This document shows, piece after piece, positions 60,924-64,000 of a stretch of 64,000 bases of DNA. The DNA comes from a virus. The position numbers were made by a program, and so were the translations under genes. The notes under the pieces were generated by a model. That model was given only the letters and a program-made list of their open reading frames with translations, was not told the origin of the DNA and ran no database searches. Every line of letters starts with the position of its first letter. Position 1 is the stretch's first letter. The stretch covers positions 32,001 to 96,000 of IMG/VR virus record IMGVR_UViG_3300045988_131275; one strand, written 5' to 3'.

Positions 60924-61548
60924 TCTTCTTCATCTCATCCAACTTCTTCTCAGCTTCTTCACGAGTGAGGAATAAAAATTCGCCAAGACAATTATAATAG
61001 CTTTTAATCGAAATATATTGCAAATCAACTTCGGCTATATAATATTCTTTCCTGATATCACATTCACATTTGCAATCATAGATTTCACATTTATTATTTT
61101 CCTCACCGTATTCAGTGCATTTCCATCTATAATTTACTTGATACAATATTCTGTTTAAATCATCTGGTAACTTCAATAACAAGCCCTGTTCTTCCAATTC
61201 TTTATATTCTTTCCATTTATCCGCATCTTCGTAAGTCAAGATTCTTGCGTTTACGGGATGCTTCTTGTCTGGTTTAGAAAGTTTCATTTCCAGGGTATTA
61301 ACTACATCAGCAAGAGAAAATGTAGATTCTTCTCCGAATATTTTATGTAGATGTTCTTCTAACTCTTTATAAGACTTCAATTCTTCCAACCACTCTGCGA
61401 GTTGCATATGTTCTTCCGCACATTTTATACAATTAATTTTTATGTCATTGTCTACTGGATCAATTGACTCAAATTTTGCACCTCTATAATTCTTTTCTGC
61501 TACTTCTTTTGCATGAGAAATAGCATCGTTAAGTGTCAATCTATCCAT
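60916..61548 (-). CDS. hypothetical protein
   Basis: 210 aa ORF. Confidence 0.7.
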   Translation of the reverse strand: MDRLTLNDAISHAKEVAEKNYRGAKFESIDPVDNDIKINCIKCAEEHMQLAEWLEELKSYKELEEHLHKIFGEESTFSLADVVNTLEMKLSKPDKKHPVNARILTYEDADKWKEYKELEEQGLLLKLPDDLNRILYQVNYRWKCTEYGEENNKCEIYDCKCECDIRKEYYIAEVDLQYISIKSYYNCLGEFLFLTREEAEKKLDEMKKND

Positions 61549-62100
61549 CTATTTCACCTCTTTCAACTTCTCAACTGCCAGTTTCAAAAATTCTACAAAT
61601 TCATCATTTACTACTACATGATCTGGATTCTCAATAAATCTCTCAAACGTCTCAATTGCTTTTTCTTTTGGATTAGAAACTGTAACTCTTCCTGATTTCG
61701 CAATTTCAAGAAGTTCATCTATATTATTTTCCCAATTACGTGTATTACACAAATCCTTGTTGCACTTAGTATTCCTTGCGTCCAATACACATTCTGTGCA
61801 TTTGTGTCCGCAACATTTTCCTACATCTGCAATTCGTTCAGCAAACTCTCTTGCCGTCATTTCTTTTGTTCCAAGGAGTTGTGATGCCTCGTAGAAAGTG
61901 TAACTTGAGATAATATATGCTCTATAAAACATATCTTTATTTCCGCAAAACTTTAAAATATCTGGAAAATGTTGTTCTTGCAATGACTTACAATATGGAT
62001 CTTTAGCCCATCTAAACCCCTGCTTCTCAGCTTCTTTGAGAAGCATTTCGTTTTCTTCTTTTGTCCTAACTAGAACGCATGTATTTGTTAATTCAATCAT
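61549..62100 (-). CDS. hypothetical protein
   Basis: I prefer ATG 62100 (GAGAGGTGAAAAC upstream) over the track start 62133. Confidence 0.65.
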   Translation of the reverse strand: MIELTNTCVLVRTKEENEMLLKEAEKQGFRWAKDPYCKSLQEQHFPDILKFCGNKDMFYRAYIISSYTFYEASQLLGTKEMTAREFAERIADVGKCCGHKCTECVLDARNTKCNKDLCNTRNWENNIDELLEIAKSGRVTVSNPKEKAIETFERFIENPDHVVVNDEFVEFLKLAVEKLKEVK

Positions 62101-62104
62101 GTTT

Positions 62105-62428
62105 TCACCTCTCAAACTCAATCTTCTTACCAATGTATTTCTCTAACTTCTCATCTAAATCATCTGGATAAGTCTTAACAACATAATCTTTATCAATAGA
62201 GATTTTGATTATTTTATTATTTTTATCTGTATAAATACTACCAACTGTTCCACCAGGAACACGAATGTAATACTTATATTTATCATTTTGCTTTCCTACA
62301 TCAAATAAATAATGTTTATAATATGGATATTCTTTCGTATCAAATCCTGCTAATTGATCTAATCTATCGGTTAAATTACAATAATATTGTTTTGTATTTC
62401 CTATGGTATATTTTTCTTTCAATATCAT
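62105..62428 (-). CDS. hypothetical protein
   Basis: 107 aa, first gene after the 62429-62523 intergenic region. Confidence 0.65.
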   Translation of the reverse strand: MILKEKYTIGNTKQYYCNLTDRLDQLAGFDTKEYPYYKHYLFDVGKQNDKYKYYIRVPGGTVGSIYTDKNNKIIKISIDKDYVVKTYPDDLDEKLEKYIGKKIEFER

Positions 62429-62448
62429 GTTATTGCCTTCTTTTCAAT

Positions 62449-62463
62449 CACTATATATAGTGT
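62449..62463. promoter_or_regulatory. palindromic motif CACTATATATAGTGT (third copy of the 21921 motif)
   Basis: Contains the same 14-mer as 21921-21934, 22 nt upstream of the next - strand start codon. It includes TATATA/TATAGT -10-like hexamers. Confidence 0.45.
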
Positions 62464-62523
62464 ATAAGTTTATACTCATATACAATATATGGTGTTATTC
62501 TATACATGAAACCTGTGTTTCAT

Positions 62524-63114
62524 CTAATATATGTTATCAATACCATCGGCTTCTTTAATAGTAAGATTTCTTACTGCATTAAACTGATCTTTATATGATA
62601 AATCGTCAAATTCATATACTGTCATATTTTTTAATTCTTTTAAAGAATACAATTTATTTTCAACCATATTTTCATCACCGATAATACAAGCAAGACTAAT
62701 TCCATTTTCATCTTTATAAAATTTATAATTCTCAAATCCTGTTGCTTTGTCATTTACACTATCATATAATCTTTGTCTAAATTCTGAAATCTGACACATA
62801 TATTCCGCTAAAATGCTATATGACTTTACTGATCCAATTGATGTGTCACCGCAACTCTCTTTAAAAATCGCATCGTCTTTTAAAATATCTGAAACATAAA
62901 TATATCTCCCATTACTTCTCTTTAATACTTCTTCTGTTTCTTTATCTGAAATATATCCTTTACCAAGCATCCAGAACAATAATGGTGTCCCGTTTACAAT
63001 ACGTTCATTGTAGTCAATATAATCTTCGCCAGCTTCTTCCATAAATCTATGGAATACACAATAACATAAGAATGGATCTTTTAATTCTTTTGGTGATTTA
63101 ATGATATAACTCAT
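62524..63114 (-). CDS. hypothetical protein
   Basis: 196 aa ORF. Confidence 0.7.
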   Translation of the reverse strand: MSYIIKSPKELKDPFLCYCVFHRFMEEAGEDYIDYNERIVNGTPLLFWMLGKGYISDKETEEVLKRSNGRYIYVSDILKDDAIFKESCGDTSIGSVKSYSILAEYMCQISEFRQRLYDSVNDKATGFENYKFYKDENGISLACIIGDENMVENKLYSLKELKNMTVYEFDDLSYKDQFNAVRNLTIKEADGIDNIY

Positions 63115-63146
63115 AAATTATTCCTCCTGTGAAACTCGTGTTTTAT

Positions 63147-63356
63147 CTAATAGCGTTTATATGTCACAAATTCTCCATTCTCAAACTCCACTTCAATTCT
63201 TGTAGGATATCCAGTATTATCTCCTTTGAATGACACATACTTCTTTCCTATAATTTTTAAATTTGTTTTATGATTTTCTTCACACTGTTTACATTTATTT
63301 TTGTCTGAATATTCTGTTCCACAAAATTCACACTGATATCTGGTACTGGTTTTCAT
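63147..63356 (-). CDS. small zinc-ribbon protein
   Basis: YQCEFCGTEYSDKNKCKQCEENH. Confidence 0.6.
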   Translation of the reverse strand: MKTSTRYQCEFCGTEYSDKNKCKQCEENHKTNLKIIGKKYVSFKGDNTGYPTRIEVEFENGEFVTYKRY

Positions 63357-63403
63357 AACATTAAACCTCTTTAAATTATATTTTGTATAAGGAATGTAGT
63401 CGC

Positions 63404-64000
63404 TTATGCGACTACATCCTCAATACTCTTTTCTCCAACTGGAAATAATTCTGGTTCTTCGGCAGCCACAGACTCTACGTTTTTCTTTAACTGCTCAAAA
63501 TAACTATCTTTTAATTCACTTGCAATTCCTCTTCTTCCTAATTTAAGTGCAACATATGGAGTAGAACCAATTCCACCAAACGGATCAAACACAATATCAT
63601 TTGGATTCGTCCATAATTCAATACATCTCTGAATTACTTCAAGCTGTAATGGACAAATATGTTTCTCATCCTGTTCAGATCTTGCTGATTTTCTCTGTAA
63701 TGTATCGCTCTGCCTAATATCCATCCATACTGGTGAAGCATAATTTTGCCATACATTAACAGGGAATGACTCATTTGTATGCTCAACTCGTTCAGGATTA
63801 TCCCCAGGTTTTCTGACAGTAATCACATAATCTGGAAGTCCTTGACGACTCATACTACTATCTTTTTTAATTTGTTTATGTAAAAGACCAAGTGCTTTTG
63901 TTCTCTGCATTTCTGTAACAGGATTCTTCCAAATAGTTACTTTACTATGATAGATAAATCCACAATCCTGAAAGATTTTAAGCATAAGCGCAGGAAAATC
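63404..64000 (-). CDS. DNA N6-adenine/N4-cytosine methyltransferase (N6_N4_Mtase family, beta class), 5' end beyond the window
   Basis: The C-terminal FDPFGGIGSTPYVALKLGRRGIASEL is the SAM-binding motif I placed C-terminally, as in beta-class enzymes. The frame is open to base 64000. Confidence 0.7.
   Translation of the reverse strand, partial: DFPALMLKIFQDCGFIYHSKVTIWKNPVTEMQRTKALGLLHKQIKKDSSMSRQGLPDYVITVRKPGDNPERVEHTNESFPVNVWQNYASPVWMDIRQSDTLQRKSARSEQDEKHICPLQLEVIQRCIELWTNPNDIVFDPFGGIGSTPYVALKLGRRGIASELKDSYFEQLKKNVESVAAEEPELFPVGEKSIEDVVA

Noticed and set aside
21921-62463. T7/SP6-type single-subunit RNA polymerase promoters, because the motif core ACACTATA resembles the SP6/T7 promoter core.
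   Set aside because: Only about 14 nt are conserved, versus about 20-23 nt for T7-class promoters. The motif is palindromic, and no phage RNA polymerase gene is present in this window. I treat the resemblance as coincidental unless an RNAP gene is found elsewhere.
1-64000. CRISPR arrays, rRNA genes, canonical tRNA genes, and transposase/IS elements.
   Set aside because: I saw no regularly spaced direct repeats, no rRNA-like conserved blocks, no complete cloverleaf and no transposase motifs on either strand. The mobile elements present are an intron, an intein and homing-endonuclease genes.

Overview
Visibly AT-rich, very tightly packed double-stranded DNA phage or prophage sequence with low-GC Firmicutes-style signals (GGAGG/GGTGAT Shine-Dalgarno (SD) ribosome-binding sites, ATGA/TAATG start-stop overlaps). 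Bases 1-3776 (+ strand) are the end of a late module: the C-terminal part of a reverse transcriptase (probably from a diversity-generating retroelement), two small proteins, a GH25 + Amidase_5 + 2xSH3b endolysin and a membrane-anchored protein. From about 64000 down to 4227 (- strand) runs one long early/middle block. It ends in a large serine recombinase.

The - strand block encodes:
- Nucleotide metabolism: dUTPase, NrdG, an intron-split NrdD, a 5'-deoxynucleotidase, a P-loop dNMP kinase and a ThyP3-like thymidylate synthase family enzyme.
- A replisome/recombination set: LigA, Gp157, a RecD2-like helicase carrying an intein in its P-loop, a family B polymerase, a RecJ-like DHH exonuclease, a DnaG-like primase, a DnaB-like helicase, an AAA_24 ATPase and a possible SSB.
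- Three homing-endonuclease-like genes.
- Many small Cys-rich proteins of unknown function.

Most interesting observations:
1. A three-gene module (45524-48439): a CmoA-like carboxy-SAM synthase, a Dcm-fold C5-cytosine methyltransferase whose motif X reads G-R instead of G-N, and an AsnB-type PP-loop amidating enzyme. I predict it installs a carboxymethyl or carbamoylmethyl group on DNA cytosine.
2. An ORF-less group I intron that splits nrdD exactly at the glycyl-radical motif.
3. About ten genes that appear to start at ATA/ATT behind strong SD sites.
4. A cluster of two radical-SAM genes, a SLOG (YpsA-like) gene and a Thg1-like gene.
5. A DUF2829 (Tad2-like) candidate anti-Thoeris sponge.

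I found no rRNA, canonical tRNA or CRISPR array. All domain calls come from motifs read by eye and from recalled family signatures. No database search was run.
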